DNA of 64,000 nucleotides from Eledone cirrhosa. Taxonomy: Eukaryota. Positions 46,202 through 59,519 of this stretch are shown in pieces. The stretch's first letter is position 1, and every line of letters starts with the position of its first letter. A program made the translations under genes and the position numbers. The stretch spans positions 145,576,001 through 145,640,000 of the forward strand of contig OZ024742.1 in NCBI GenBank assembly GCA_964016885.1, written 5' to 3'. The notes under the pieces were generated by a model. The model saw nothing but the letters and a program-made list of their open reading frames with translations. It did no database searches and had not been told where the DNA came from.

Positions 46202-49200
46202 GAATATAAAATGAAAGTGCTTTTTTTAAAAAGGGACTTATTAGGTATTGACATATGTTTCTGTAACAGACGGAATACCTATGTATCGCTGCTTGCGTAA
46301 TCATATAATGTTAGCAAGTATTCGATAGCAAATGTATAATCAGTTGTCACTTCTTCAGAGATTTTGGATAAATTGGATAAAATCAGAAAAATTGAAGTAT
46401 TTATATTAGTAATAGAGGAAGAAGAGAGGGGATAGTATATGACAGATGGTAATTCAATTTACTGCTAAACAAGTATATAAAGGGTTTCTAATGAGAATAC
46501 CATGAGTAAATGATTCATTTTATCTAAATAAGAATTTTTGGGAGTGCCAATTTTAATCTCTACTTAACCAATTGGACAGTGGACAGGGCTGGTCTTTTGG
46601 TGTAGTAGTATTAATTATAAAGTGTCAATTGGGGAAGGGGGAGATTTCGATTGCTACTGAATAACATCAATGCTGGTATGTGCATTAGGGAATTGAATTA
46701 AGAAATCAGAAATCTCATTTTATCTATAGCAGTTTATATTAAATGGTAAATAATAGAAGAGTTGATAGAATTAAGACTAATAGAGAATGTTAATATCTAT
46801 TTTGACAACCAAACGGAGATAGAGACGGGCGTTCAATCCTGGTGGTATTTATAATATGAAAATGTAGATTTTAAGCGATGGTTACAGTATAACGATCGCT
46901 CTATTCTGTTATTTAATAAAATGTTTTTGGATTTCATAATACAAAATAATTCTACATTACATAATTTACAAAATTCCTGTCCGTGGGAATATGGGGGGGG
47001 GGGGAGCCGCTATTATATCCCATTTAAGGTGAAATTGTTGGTTATTTTCACGCAGCTGCCAAGCCTTGTCTGCGAGTGTTGTTACATAACGCTGGTTTTC
47101 ATGTTTTATCGAGTAACGATGTCTATAAAGGCGTGATTTGAAGGAAGTAACAGATCTTGTGGGAATTTATATCACCCACAGACTACAAGGAAAATTCAAG
47201 GATCTCCACGGTGGAATCTACCGTGATGATGCGCTCCTATTAGTTAAGGATATGAATAACCAGAATTTAGAAAGGATGCGTAAAAATATCAGAAAGCTTT
47301 TTAAGGAGCTAGGATTATATTACATTTGAATATAACCACAAAGAGGTCAATTTCCTTGATGTTACTTTGAATCTCAATACAGATACGATTAAACCGTTCC
47401 ATAAACTAAATGAGAACCTTAAATATGTAAATACGAGTTCTAACCATCCACTCTCTATAATTAAATCCATCCCTAGAAATGTTTCTCTTAGAATCTCCCG
47501 CCTGTCGTCCAACCAACAAACCTTCAAAGAACATGCCGAATATTATGATGATGCACTTAGAAAAGCCGGACACCTAGATAATATAGAGTATATAGTCGAA
47601 GATCACCAAAACACCCAAAATAAATCCCATAGGAGTAGAAATAGCACAGAATCACCACCATACATACACTACCGCAATAGACACAATAATAGTCGCACAC
47701 CACCAAACAGAAGGCGATGTAAAGAGTATATTTGGTACAACCCGGTCTATAACAACTCTATTAAAACCAATCTACCCTCACAATTCTTTCGATTAGTTAA
47801 AAAACACTTTCCAACATCACATAAATATAATAAAATCTTAAACCCTAACACTATTCGACTTTCATATTCAACCGCCCCTAATATTGAACAACATATAAAA
47901 AAGCTTAACGCAAAACGGTTGTATAAACGCCTTCCAACACATAACAATACACGTAAAACATTAGCTATAACATCACAAAACAACAAACAACATCCTGTCC
48001 TACCTAAGCAACCTCATCAACCCAGCCATGACAATACAACAACGCAAAATTATAATTGCAACTGTGTCCAACCAGGAATGTGTCCGTTGAACAATCAGTG
48101 TCTTGAACGCAACATCGTATACAAATGTACTATCGTATTGGATAGATAGAAGTGGTACTATGTGGGATCTACAGCCACCTCCTTCAAATCACGCCTTTAT
48201 AGACATCGTTACTCGATAAAACATGAAAACCATCGTTATGTAACAACACTCGCAGACAAGGCTTGGCAGCTGCGTGAAAATAACCAACAATTTCACCTTA
48301 AATGGGATATAATAGCGGCTGCGCCCCCCCCCCCCCCCCATATTCCCACGGACAGGAATTTTGTAAATTATGTAATGTAGAATTATTTTGTATTATGAAA
48401 TCCAAAAACATTTTATTAAATAACAGAATAGAGCGATCGTTATACTGTAACCATCGCTTAAAATCTACATTTTCATATTATAAATACCACCAGGATTGAA
48501 CGCCCGTCTCTATCTCCGTTTGGTTGTCAAAATAGATATTAACATTCTCTATTAGTCTTAATTCTATCAACTCTTCTATTATTTACCATTTAATATAAAC
48601 TGCTATAGATAAAATGAGATTTCTGATTTCTTAATTCAATTCCCTAATGCACATACCAGCATTGATGTTATTCAGTAGCAATCGAAATCTCCCCCTTCCC
48701 CAATTGACACTTTATAATTAATACTACTACACCAAAAGACCAGCCCTGTCCACTGTCCAATTGGTCAAGTAGAGATTAAAATTGGCACTCCCAAAAATTC
48801 TTATTTAGATAAAATGAACCATTTACTCATGGTATTCTCATTAGAAACCCTTTATTTACTTGTTTAGCAGTAAATTGAATTACCATCTGTCATATACTAT
48901 CCCCTCTCTTCTTCCTCTATTACTAATATAAATGCTTCAATTTTTCTGATTTTATCCAATTTATCCAAAATCTCTGAAGAAGTGACAACTGATTATACAT
49001 TTGCTATCGAATACTTGCTAACATTATATGATTACGCAAGCAGCGATACATAGGTATTCCGTCTGTTACAGAAACATTTGTCAGTACCTAATAAGTTCCT
49101 TTTTAAAAAAAGCACTTTCATTTTATATTCATCTTTTCTACATTTTCTCCGGAATATAATTTATACTCGTTGAGCAAACCTACATGTACGCTGTTCATCT

Positions 49201-49240
49201 CTAATGTAACGATATATTATCACTACATTATTGATAACCT
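46195..49240 (+). mobile_element. 5'-truncated Penelope-like (Naiad-type) element with an ~950-bp inverted terminal copy
   Basis: GIYRDDAL, VNFLDVTLNL, SNHP, IWYNP, CNC..CPLNNQC..NIVYKC, YVGST; 46195-47145 is the reverse complement of 48180-49137. Confidence 0.9.
48971..49085 (+). ncRNA. Putative hammerhead ribozyme with long stem II loop (mirror copy on the minus strand at about 46247-46361)
   Basis: ct-CTGAAGA-a-gtgaca...tgttac-a-GAAA-cat(t/a)tg-TC-ag; stem I is short. Confidence 0.55.
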
Positions 49241-49242
49241 GA

Positions 49243-49327
<85 letters not shown>

Positions 49328-49332
<5 letters not shown>

Positions 49333-50640
49333 TCTTCATCATTTTACGTGCGCTTTTCCCTGCTTGCAAGGGTGGGATGGGTCCTATTCAGCACAGCATC
49401 TCTCCATTCGTCATCTCCTCTGTGAGCTTCAGCAATCTGAGGTCAGCTTTCACCACCTCTGCCCATGATTTTCGTGGTCTTCCTCTACTGCATCTTCCTT
49501 CTACTAGGATTTCTTGGCACTTCTTTACCCAGCAGTCATCCTCCATGCACATCACATGTCCATACCAATGCAGTCTTCTCTCCCACACACTACACTTATC
49601 CCTCTTATACACAGTTTCTCTCAGTTACTTCCATGCTACCTTCTTTTCAGTGTCAGTGAGGACAAGTATGCCATAATCATCTCAGATATACTTCTCCCCA
49701 CCAACATCACAACTTTCCCTGACACACTGTCTTGTGATCCTGAACACCTTATGCTTTTGGTCCTCACTCTACAAAACATGCTTAAATTTTGTATTTTCTG
49801 CTTCCCTACTTGCAAGGTATACTTGTTGCCTAACTTCTCTCCAAGCATTCTGGTAGACTCCTCAACTACCCCCATTTTGCCATTCCTTTTACGCTTGTAC
49901 TTTGGCCTTAATTGTCTCATCTACCTTACTATTCCACCACCAAGTCATTCTCCTCCTCCCTAGAGACCTGCTCCATCTGTGGATTTCATTTGTCACCTTC
50001 AGTAGGTTATCTTTCAGGAACTCCCACTGCTCCTCTATATCGTGTATCTCAATTTGCTCTTCCTTACTGTTAAAAGCGTCAATCAACTTACTTCTAAATT
50101 TGTTACTGCTTGATTGGTCTTTTAACTTCCTTATTCTTCTCCTTCAGGCTGTCTTCTGTTGACAGGTTCTTCTAGTCCTATCTATAAGGTCACTAACTAC
50201 TAAGTTATGTTGGGAGGTGCATTCTTCACCAGGGAGTAACTTTGTGTTCACAACTGTCACTTTGGATCATCTTCTAGCAAGAATAAAATCTATCTGGCTG
50301 GCGTGCTCACCTGATCTATAGGTGATTAAGTGGTTGTCTCATTTTTTGAAGTTTGTGTTACAATTCTTCATTAACATTGAAGAATTCCAGGAGCCTGAAA
50401 CCTTTCTTATTTTCAGCGCCAAACCCATAACGGCCATGAATCCCATCAAAGCCATCGCAATGTTGTCCAACATACCTTTTAAAGTCACCTGCAATGATTA
50501 TGAGATCGCTGTTGCTTATTTGAGAAGTAGAGTGCATTAGGGACTCATAGAACCTGTCTTTTAGTACATCTGACAGTCCAGATTTAGGTGTATATATGCA
50601 GATATAATTGTCATGGCTGCTCAATTTTGTACAAGTATAA
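49328..50640 (-). mobile_element. RTE-clade LINE with internal deletion (endonuclease joined to the 3' end)
   Basis: IYTPKSG..KDRFY..AGDF, SQIDFIL, TWWWN and RRLHWYGHV...GRPRKSW. Confidence 0.75.
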
Positions 50641-52084
50641 GTTTAATTAAGAACACTTCCAGCTGATGTTTGCTGCTTTGCTATAAACATATGAACATCT
50701 ACAGTAAGTGATCATCATGTGAATTCCTATTTCATACCAGTATATTACTGATGAAAGATTAACAAATCTTGAATCAGTGCTGTCTGACATTTTCAGAACA
50801 TACTGACTACTCAGTGATATATTCAAATAATTTTTTTTTTGTTTCATTACAAAAGGATATATTTTTTCAGCAGTGAGGCTACCCATATGTTTGTTGTATT
50901 GAAGCATTTTATATATGTTTATATATGTATTCATATACACCTCTATTTATAAAGGAATACAAACCATGACTGAATAAATTTCAGCAATATAAACTTGCTA
51001 TCAGTTATATAGACAATCATATATACACACATGCATCTAAATAGATACACTTGTTCATTCGATCAAATGACATCTTCACTTAATTTATTCAGCCATAACA
51101 TTTGAACTGCCTCATGACACATTCACTGGACCAAAACAGCCTTAACTTTTAGTTGCATTTATTTGTTGTATTCTCACATGATCCTAATGTATGGAGGTCG
51201 TGGCGAACAAACACATTTCTATGACTGTAATCATCCTTAACTAATGAAACTGAATCTTAACATTCAATGCACTGTGGGTGATACACAGTGTCATAAGAGT
51301 AATCTCCCCTTGATAGATAATGCAGTGTCAAGGGAAACAACTCTTAAAAAGTATTAGTGTGCTAAAGATTAAATAGATATCAATTTTAGTTATGTTCTCT
51401 CTATGAAAAAGAGGCAAGAAAATTACAATGAATTTCCACAGCAGTCCATATCAAAATACTTTTGAAAATCATGAAATTGTGAAACCAGTTAAGTTTATGT
51501 AAATAAATCTTTTTAAAGACCAAAGGCTACATCCTGTTGAATGAAAGTTTAATCATTAGAGTGGATGGGGATGAGCAATCTGGGTGCTGTTAGAAGTACA
51601 TAAGAAGAGGGAGTGGGAGGGGTTGCCAACTCAATGATAGTAAGAACTGGTATGGAGTGAGATAAGGAAGTGTGTAAGAAAGGAGAGTAGGGGAACTGGA
51701 GGGAGAAAGGAGAGATTATGTGTGTATGTAGAAATGTACAAGCAGTTACCTATCCATTTAACAGTAGGGGGTTGTGTGTAGTTATGTATATAGAGTAATG
51801 TGTATGTGAGAATTTAGTAATTATGTTTGTGTGATATGTTCAGTCTAATAGCCATAACTATATGCTGCAAAACGTTTTGTCTGACGCTCTACCAATTACT
51901 GCAAATTCATCACAAATTAATAAAACTCACCCAGAAACATCTTTTTCAGATTGTCTCATATATTCTTTATTACATATATATAATTTATGTTACATGATGT
52001 TGAAGCCTGTAATTTATTAAAGTTTTGTAATAAAAGGTTTATGATTAATACCAATAAAACTATAATATTCATTCTTTAAGTCTT

Positions 52085-52455
52085 TTCTTTTACTGGTTTC
52101 AGTCATTCAAATGTGGCCATACTGGGGCTCTGCCTTGGTTTATTTAGTCAATCATATTGATCCCAGCACTTATATTTTCAAGTATGGTATTAGTTACTGG
52201 ACATAAACACAGACACAGTCACAAACATAAACATAGAAACAGACACTGACACACACTGACATACACACACATAAACACACACACATGCATACACACACAC
52301 AAATAGACACATATACACATGCATACACACACACTGGCATACACACACATGTTCACATACAGACTTCTGCAATTTCTGTCTACAAAATTCCAGTATGTAT
52401 GGCAGTAATCAATCCAATAAGACACTTGCCCAAGATGCCATGTAGCAGGAATGAA
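52085..52455 (-). mobile_element. Second, older SINE family containing a (CA)-rich tract
   Basis: tttactggtttcagtcatt...gtggccatactgggg ... gacacttgcccaagatgccat; resembles an abundant octopus SINE from memory, not verified by a search. Confidence 0.5.
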
Positions 52456-52887
52456 TGTTGGAAAAGACCCATTCAACCCTTGCAAGCACGGTAAAACAGA
52501 GGTAAAAATAATGACGACGATGATGATGATCATGTCTCATAATAACAACTTTATAACTGATGTTATAAAAATAAAAATTATTCAAACGTAAGGATAATAT
52601 GATAAATATCTTTAAAAATATACTCTATAAAATTTTTATAATTTTTCATTGATAATTCGTAAAGGAGAAGATTTAATTTAATGTTTGAATATATATTTTT
52701 GGTGGAAGTGTAATTTTAATTTGATATTTTGTATCATTAGATAACATTCTATACTACATTGAAATATAGAGCTAAATATTAGCTTGGAATTCTCAGTAAC
52801 TTTTGGTTGGTAAGCATTACAGTGACCAAAAGTTAAGATTATAACAACACTAAAGGCATATAATTATATATCAATGAAGATATTAAA

Positions 52888-53270
52888 CATCATCATCATC
52901 ATCATCGTTTAACGTCCATGTTCCACGCTTGTATGGGTTTGGACGGGGGTTTTCCCACTTGAGGCAAGAGTGGTTGTCTTGCTCGCATAGGACTGTCTGG
53001 CGGGTTTTCTACAGCTGGATGCCCTTCCTAACACCAACCACATTTACAGTGTGGGGCTGGGAGGTTTTTACCGTGTTGCCTACACGGCCACATTACAGCA
53101 TGGACTGTCTGGCGTGTTTTCTACAGCTGGATGCCCTTCCTAACACCAACCACATTTACAGTGTGGGACTGGGAGGTTTTTACCGTGTTGCCTACACGGC
53201 CACATTACAGCGTGGACTGTGTGTTTTTTGTCGTGACACCTACACGATCTCATTTGTTTCGGCCTGGATT
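52888..53270 (-). mobile_element. RTE 3' UTR fragment with two 112-bp units
   Basis: Near-identical to 16337-16860 but with two units. Confidence 0.85.
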
Positions 53271-53408
53271 ATATTATATGTAATATAAAGATATCTAATA
53301 AAGTTATAACAACACTAAAGTAATATTATATATCAAGAAACATATTAAACATAGTATATGTGGTACAAAGGTATCTCTGGAAAAGTTATAACAACTTTGA
53401 AATAACAG

Positions 53409-53518
53409 TTAGTACTTTGTACTAAACAATGTAGACTGCTTATCAAATTTGTCACATTCCACTTGGAATCTCTCATCTTGAGAAACAGTGAACCAGTTCT
53501 TCCAGTCTCCAATAACAC
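53409..53518 (-). CDS. Sulfotransferase copy 2, coding exon 5
   Basis: Same 110-nt exon as 24291-24400; one synonymous change seen. Confidence 0.88.
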
Positions 53519-54092
53519 CTGAAAAATACAAAAAAACCTTAGATGTAAGACTTCATGTCTATAATAATTAGAAAGTGTTTAATTTATACCTTATATAACA
53601 GAAAAACAATTATCATTTGGTATGATATTCCATGCAGTAATGTTGTTAATGCCAAATGTTTTTAAAGTGATACAAAAAATGTTTATAAGGCTCCATAATG
53701 TGGCTGAAGATCAAGATGTCAACAGATGGATAATAATTATGAGTAATTATGTTACAGTATTTTGTAGCTGTCTTTGTTTATATTAGATTGTCATTTAACT
53801 TCTCTAATGCTAAGTCAGATTTATTCTACAATTACATAATTAGTTAGGATAGAAAGACAGTATAATTAGTTGCACTCAAGAAACAGTAAATATTAACCAA
53901 GTTTTCATCCACATTGTACCCATCTTCAGAGTGATGGTTCCACTGTACCAAGTATTTGTGGACCTTGCTAAAACTTTCAATACTGTTGAAGTGCATTGTG
54001 GGTCATGTTAGGGGAACTTAGATGGCCTCCTAAATTTGTTGGAATATTTAAAAAAAACCATTAAAATATAATGGTAAAAGTGAACTTCAGTA

Positions 54093-55930
54093 GGTGTTGT
54101 TAGAGATGAAATAACATGACAAAACAAGTCCGTTTGAGGAACCGTGGGAACATTTCTTTTGCTAAATTAGTTCCCTGCCTAGATCGAAATGGGAGCAGCG
54201 ATAGATAATCAAAACATTAGCAAAAGAGAGAATCAATGATCTCGGACTGTAAGAGAGAGAAATAAAAAAACAGACAAAAAAATATAACGTAAATATGATA
54301 AAATGAATAAATAATTAAGTGAAAATGAACAAATTATTGATGAGATGAGGAATGTTACTTGTCATATTGGGCATAGCGTGATGGCCAGTACACATGTCGA
54401 CCAGATCTAGTGCTTGTTGTTGGCATAGAGCTCGGATTGCCGGTCGATGGGAGCACTGATGTTGGGTTAACTTGGTCTGATGATGAGGGTTCATCCAAAT
54501 ACACATGAGCTTTTTTTAGCCAGTTGACACTGACTCTTTCCATTAATGTCCAAAATGAAATGCTTGAGTATCCTTTTGAGTACTTGGTAAGGCTCCGAGT
54601 ATGATGGTTGCAAAAGAGCCCTGATAGTGTTCTTTCAGACAAAAATGTGTGTCCATTGCTGTATGTCAGATGGAACTTGTGTAGTGATGCTTTGAGGGCA
54701 AGGGACAATGGATGGCAGCTTTGCCATGTAGGTCTGCAGGCGATGGATACAGTTCATTGGATCTACAGGGTGTTGAGACTCAGGGGCAATCATTTACCCG
54801 GGTAATACCAATGTCATGCCATAAACTAGCTCAGCTGGCATAAAACCAAGTCCTTTTTTTACGATGGAGTGTATTCCAAGAAGGATGAGGAGGGAAGATC
54901 TCCAACCAGTTCCTGTTGTTGACATAGGCTCTGAGAGCCGATTTTAATTGTCGAGAGAAATGTTCCACCATACCATTAGCTGCAGGGTGATAAGCTGTTG
55001 TACGTGTTCGGCTACAACCTAGGAGGCATGTCAATTCTTTAAAAAGGTTTGATTCGAACTGGCCGCCTCTGTCCATTGTGAGGGTAACGCAAAATCTAAT
55101 GCTGTACTAGTGCCTTGGCAATAGATTCAGTTGTGGTGTTGGAAAGAGGAATGGCCTCAGGCCACCAGGAAAATCTGTCCACACAGGTCAAAAGGTGAGT
55201 GCAACCCTAAAAAGGACACAGTGGTCCAACGATGTTGATATATATGTGTTGGAAACATGCATCTGGTAATGTGAAGGTTCCCAGAGGAGTTCTGACATGA
55301 TGGTGAATGTTTGCCTTCTGACACTGGACACAGCATCTGGCCCATTCCCTGACATCCTTGTTCACACCAATCTAGACAAACCAGGCTGTTATCAACTTCA
55401 GGGTAGAGTTGGCACCAGGATGCGATAGGTTGTGCAGCACAGAAAAAACGTCGATGTGGAGAGGTACATAAGGGCGTGCGTGACCCATAGACACATCACA
55501 CCAAATACCACCAGAAGAAAAAGGTAGAGGGAGGAGTTTGAAAGACAAGGAAGAAGATGAAGAATTTCGGAGTTTGAGGAGCTCCCCATCCATCTGTTGA
55601 GCGGTGGCAATGTCTCGAAGGCTGATGGAAAAAGAGGTGTGCAGTGCACCCAAGTGTGCATGAAAAGGGCGTCGGCTGCTGAGTTTTCTGAACCTTTAAT
55701 ATGGTGAATATCCATAGTCTACTGGGATATAAAATCAAGTTGGCATGCTTTTCTAGGTGAGTGGCGGTCAGGCTTGGAATATAGAGCATACTTGAGAGGT
55801 TTATGGTCCGTGTAAATGGAAAACACAGAACCTTCTAGGATGTGCTGGAAATATCTCACACTGAGGTACACTGTCAAAAGCTCCTGACTGAATGTTCTGT
55901 ACTTTGTTTCAGCTGATTTGAGTCACCTAG
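54093..55930 (-). mobile_element. Degenerate Gypsy LTR-retrotransposon fragment (RNase H and integrase)
   Basis: [62 protein letters not shown]. Confidence 0.85.
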
Positions 55931-55979
55931 AGAAGAAAGATTAATTTATAGAAATGGTGAAAGATGAAATAAACCCTAC

Positions 55980-56145
55980 CTTTACGATAAAGAGATGCTC
56001 CAGGAGATCTAATTAAGTCTTTTAATCCAGGCTTTGCTGCCTTCATTTTAGAAAAAGTACATTTGTCGGCAATATCTTTAAACAGCTGGTCATTCTTTGG
56101 AAGATCTAGAAATTCAGCTACTTTAGCCACATTGTTTACTGGATC
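55980..56145 (-). CDS. Sulfotransferase copy 2, coding exon 4
   Basis: 166 nt, intact splice sites; SPGASLYRK versus SPEASLYRK in copy 1. Confidence 0.88.
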
Positions 56146-56367
56146 CTAAAATAAATAAGAAAAATACAAACTTTTTCAAATAGAGGTGTATATGTAATCT
56201 GTTCAGATGTTAAAATGGTAGCATTCTTAAACAAGCTCCAGTGTTCTTTGACTGATGTATTCAATTTTCAATGAGAAATTTTTGTACAATTCTTCATTAG
56301 AACTCTAACCTCTTTGTTATATTTTACAGAGCTGCTACATTGAACAATTTGGTTGTTAACTTTATTA

Positions 56368-57500
56368 TTGTCCTTTGTTAAAGTTTAATACCAATTCTGA
56401 TTTTGCAACAGATGAAACAATAATCAGTTTTATAGTTATCAGATCCAGTGACTTTTTTTGTAAGGAGAACACCTTTACAATTTTTTGAGACTTGATAATA
56501 ATGTAATCGATCAAGTGCTTTTGTTTAATTCCCATATGTTGTCAAGATGCCTTGCAATAATACTTCTTTAAAAAAGAAAATGGTATCAGTAATAGCAAGG
56601 ATCTTGTTTAACACTCTTTGTTAGAAGAATGGTCCAGTTGGAATTGAGATTTCAAACACTGTTTTCTCCAATAGTACAATTCTCTCCCTATTCTTGTTTT
56701 TAACTCCCAATGAGTACAGTTTTTCCTCCTTTAGAATGTTGAAAATAATGGAATCCAGCTAAACATAGAACATTTTCATCCCAATTGTCATTAGTGCCAT
56801 GAGCTGCTGTATATGTACTAATGATATGTGAATACTGGTTTTGAAAAAGGTGAGGTTACAAGATCATCAACTATTCATTAACACCAACAGAGAGCTCTGA
56901 CATCTCAGGGAAAATATGTTCTCGATAGCAAGTTCCACATCATATTTCCAAGATTTGTTAGGGAGACGTTCTTTCCAGAAGAAAGTGTAGCCTCCTTTTT
57001 CTTTTTTTGATTTTCTGATCTGAAAGTGATGATGTTGAAATCAAACCAGCAACTGAAGAAAGATAATCCACTACTTTTGTACCATTTCCAAAATTGTAGC
57101 TTTGAGATTCAGTCCTGTCTTTGTTACTCATAGCAATTCACTGCAAGATGTTAGAAAACATTCTCAAGACTCCATCAATGCTGAGAGATACATGTACATG
57201 AGGTGGTTTAATATGTGAATGGTGTGGCATGTCGTCAGACATATAATCCTTGATGGGACTTCAGTTGTTTTGATGGCAAGATAATTGAAATTTAAGGATC
57301 TACTGCAACATTTTTTTGCTTTCCTAACAATTGGGTGAATTAATTTCACATATTTTGCCTTAACTAACATAAAATACTTGAAGTGAAGGATCACATTTTA
57401 TTTGGAATTTCACCTTCAATCTTGCTGTCTTAAAGGAAGAGGAAGGCTAGTCTTTGTAATGCAGATTTTGTTGTGGTTAAAGGGAGTGATAAGACATTTT
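56368..57500 (-). mobile_element. About 1.1-kb segment absent from copy 1, probably a decayed LINE endonuclease region
   Basis: No counterpart at about 27243; IDYII and GSD-like words on the minus strand. Confidence 0.4.
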
Positions 57501-57533
57501 AAAGAAACCAAAGATAAGAATAAGTTATTTCAC

Positions 57534-57637
57534 CTTTTTAAGATCTTCATATTTAACTATTAGTATAGGTAGTTCGGGGTGGTTTTTAATATCTTTCTCC
57601 CATTGTAGCATATATTCAAACCAATTACCATAATTCA
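57534..57637 (-). CDS. Sulfotransferase copy 2, coding exon 3
   Basis: 104 nt, intact splice sites; HPELP versus HSELP in copy 1. Confidence 0.88.
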
Positions 57638-57681
57638 CTGAAACAATAAAACATTAATTTTCACAGAATTTTCACAGATTT

Positions 57682-57868
57682 GGGTGGTGGATTGGCAGTA
57701 TCGGTAGAGGGTTGGACGCCATGCTTTCCAGCATAGTTACGTCCCTTTACGATCTGAGTTCAAATCCCGGCGAGGTTGACTTTGCCTTTCATCCTTACGG
57801 GATCGATAAAATAAAGTACCAGTAATGCACTGGGTAATTGCTGGCCTTGTGCCTAAAGTAGAAACAAT
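57682..57868 (+). mobile_element. tRNA-derived SINE specific to copy 2
   Basis: TSD ttaattttcacagaatt; empty site at 27395-27412. Confidence 0.9.
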
Positions 57869-58926
57869 TAATTTTCACAGAATTGAAGTTGAATAACATT
57901 TTTATTGATTATATTTCAACTTGGTGGAGGTCGGGGTGGAGAATAAGAGTGTTTAGAAGAAGGTCTTATCATATTACTGTATTTGATTGGCAGAATCGGT
58001 AGAGTGTCGGACACCATGCTTTGCAGCTTTGTCTTTCATCCTTACAGGGTCGATAAAATAAAGAACCAGTAATGCACTGGGGTCGATTTAATCAACTTTC
58101 CCCTCCCCCAAATTTTCAGGCCTTGTGCCTAAATCAGAAACCATTATATTACTGTATTTGATCTGGACATGCATCTAGTTTTGTGCACCATGCTGGTTTG
58201 GTAAGAAGTGATTCCATTTATTAACAAATGAATACTATTTATTTATTTTCTTATGCATTTAAAGAAACTCTCTGATGAAAGAATCTTCTTCCAGTATTGA
58301 ATGTCTAAAATTAATAAGATGGTCAAAGTTGTTTCTTGGTTCTCAAAACTGCAGTAAGAGAGATATGCTAAATAAAGAACTTAATACTGATAGTAGAATC
58401 AAAATATTATTTACTATCAATAGTAACTGTTTACTTTGAAGTTTCACTGATAATGGCTTGTGAAAACAGTATTTGGTCAGATGACATCTTTGTATATAGT
58501 TGTGACTTGGTGTGGTAAGAGTAAGGAATTGAAGTACTAATCATAATTGTAAAGCAGAAAGAAAAGGTACAAAGTTTTGGTAGAGATTAAGAAGATTTAA
58601 ATAAAGAAAGAGTGGAATGAAGATGAAAGGTCGACCATGTATGGTTCTATTGAATTAACCATTAAGTTGAAAGTCATTGGTACAAATAATCCTTTTGAGT
58701 TATTAAAATAAGTTCAATAATATAATAGATATAATAAAATAGATATAATTATACAGATGGGGCCATACATGTAATTTAGAGATATATGTAAACTTAAAAT
58801 TTACAAATATATGTATAGTTATGCACTCATATATGAAAAACTATTGTCTTTCTCCACTTAATTACTGTTATTACATAGATATTTTTTTATTATGGAAACA
58901 ATCAGGAAAAGAAACATTATTCTTAC

Positions 58927-59250
58927 CTTTGCCATCTAAGAACAATTCCAAGAAACCATTCCAATCTCCATCATAATGGTACACTTTGTTCAACTGAAAT
59001 GTGTGGTGATAGGCAGAGACAGCAATATCTCGTGGGTTGCGTATCATGAAAATCATTTTAGGTTTTTTGGTAAATATCTGGCGTGGTAAATAATGCAAGA
59101 GGAGGTGGTTGTTTAACACTCTAGGTGATGGAAGCTGGTCTAGTTTATCTTGGTCTGAAAATTCCATCATTGCAACCATTTTATCTTCTCGATGATATTC
59201 GGTAGAACCTTTAAGCAGCATTCCACAAATTTCCCACATCCAGTGACAAC
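58927..59250 (-). CDS. Sulfotransferase copy 2, coding exon 2
   Basis: 324 nt; translation identical to copy 1. Confidence 0.9.
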
Positions 59251-59519
59251 CTATGGTGGAAATATTGAAATCTCAAAGGCATAAGGAAAAACAACCAATT
59301 ACACATCAACATATAATTATTATCATATGCACCTTTGATGAGTTGTAGTGCACCTGAGCACTGTACACAATCATTTTCATTATTCATTATTATTATTTCA
59401 GAGGTTAACTTTGCCTTTCATCCTTACGAGGTCGATAAAATAAAGTACCAGTAATGCACTGGGATAATTGTCTGCCTTGTGTCAAAAGTAGAAATAATTA
59501 TTATTATTTCAGAGGAATG

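Noticed and set aside
36790-46304. ORFs rich in YIYI, CVCV or HTHT
   Set aside because: Translations of (TA)n, (TG)n and (CA)n microsatellites
47140-48500. Possible selenocysteine (UGA) recoding, as reported for some Naiad elements
   Set aside because: The conserved Cys positions are ordinary Cys codons and the in-frame stop at 48147-48149 is TAG, not TGA
51270-51345. Two small hairpins (cactgtg/cacagtg; aagagt..cccttga/tcaaggg..actctt)
   Set aside because: Short and imperfect, single occurrence; cannot be distinguished from a MITE remnant or chance
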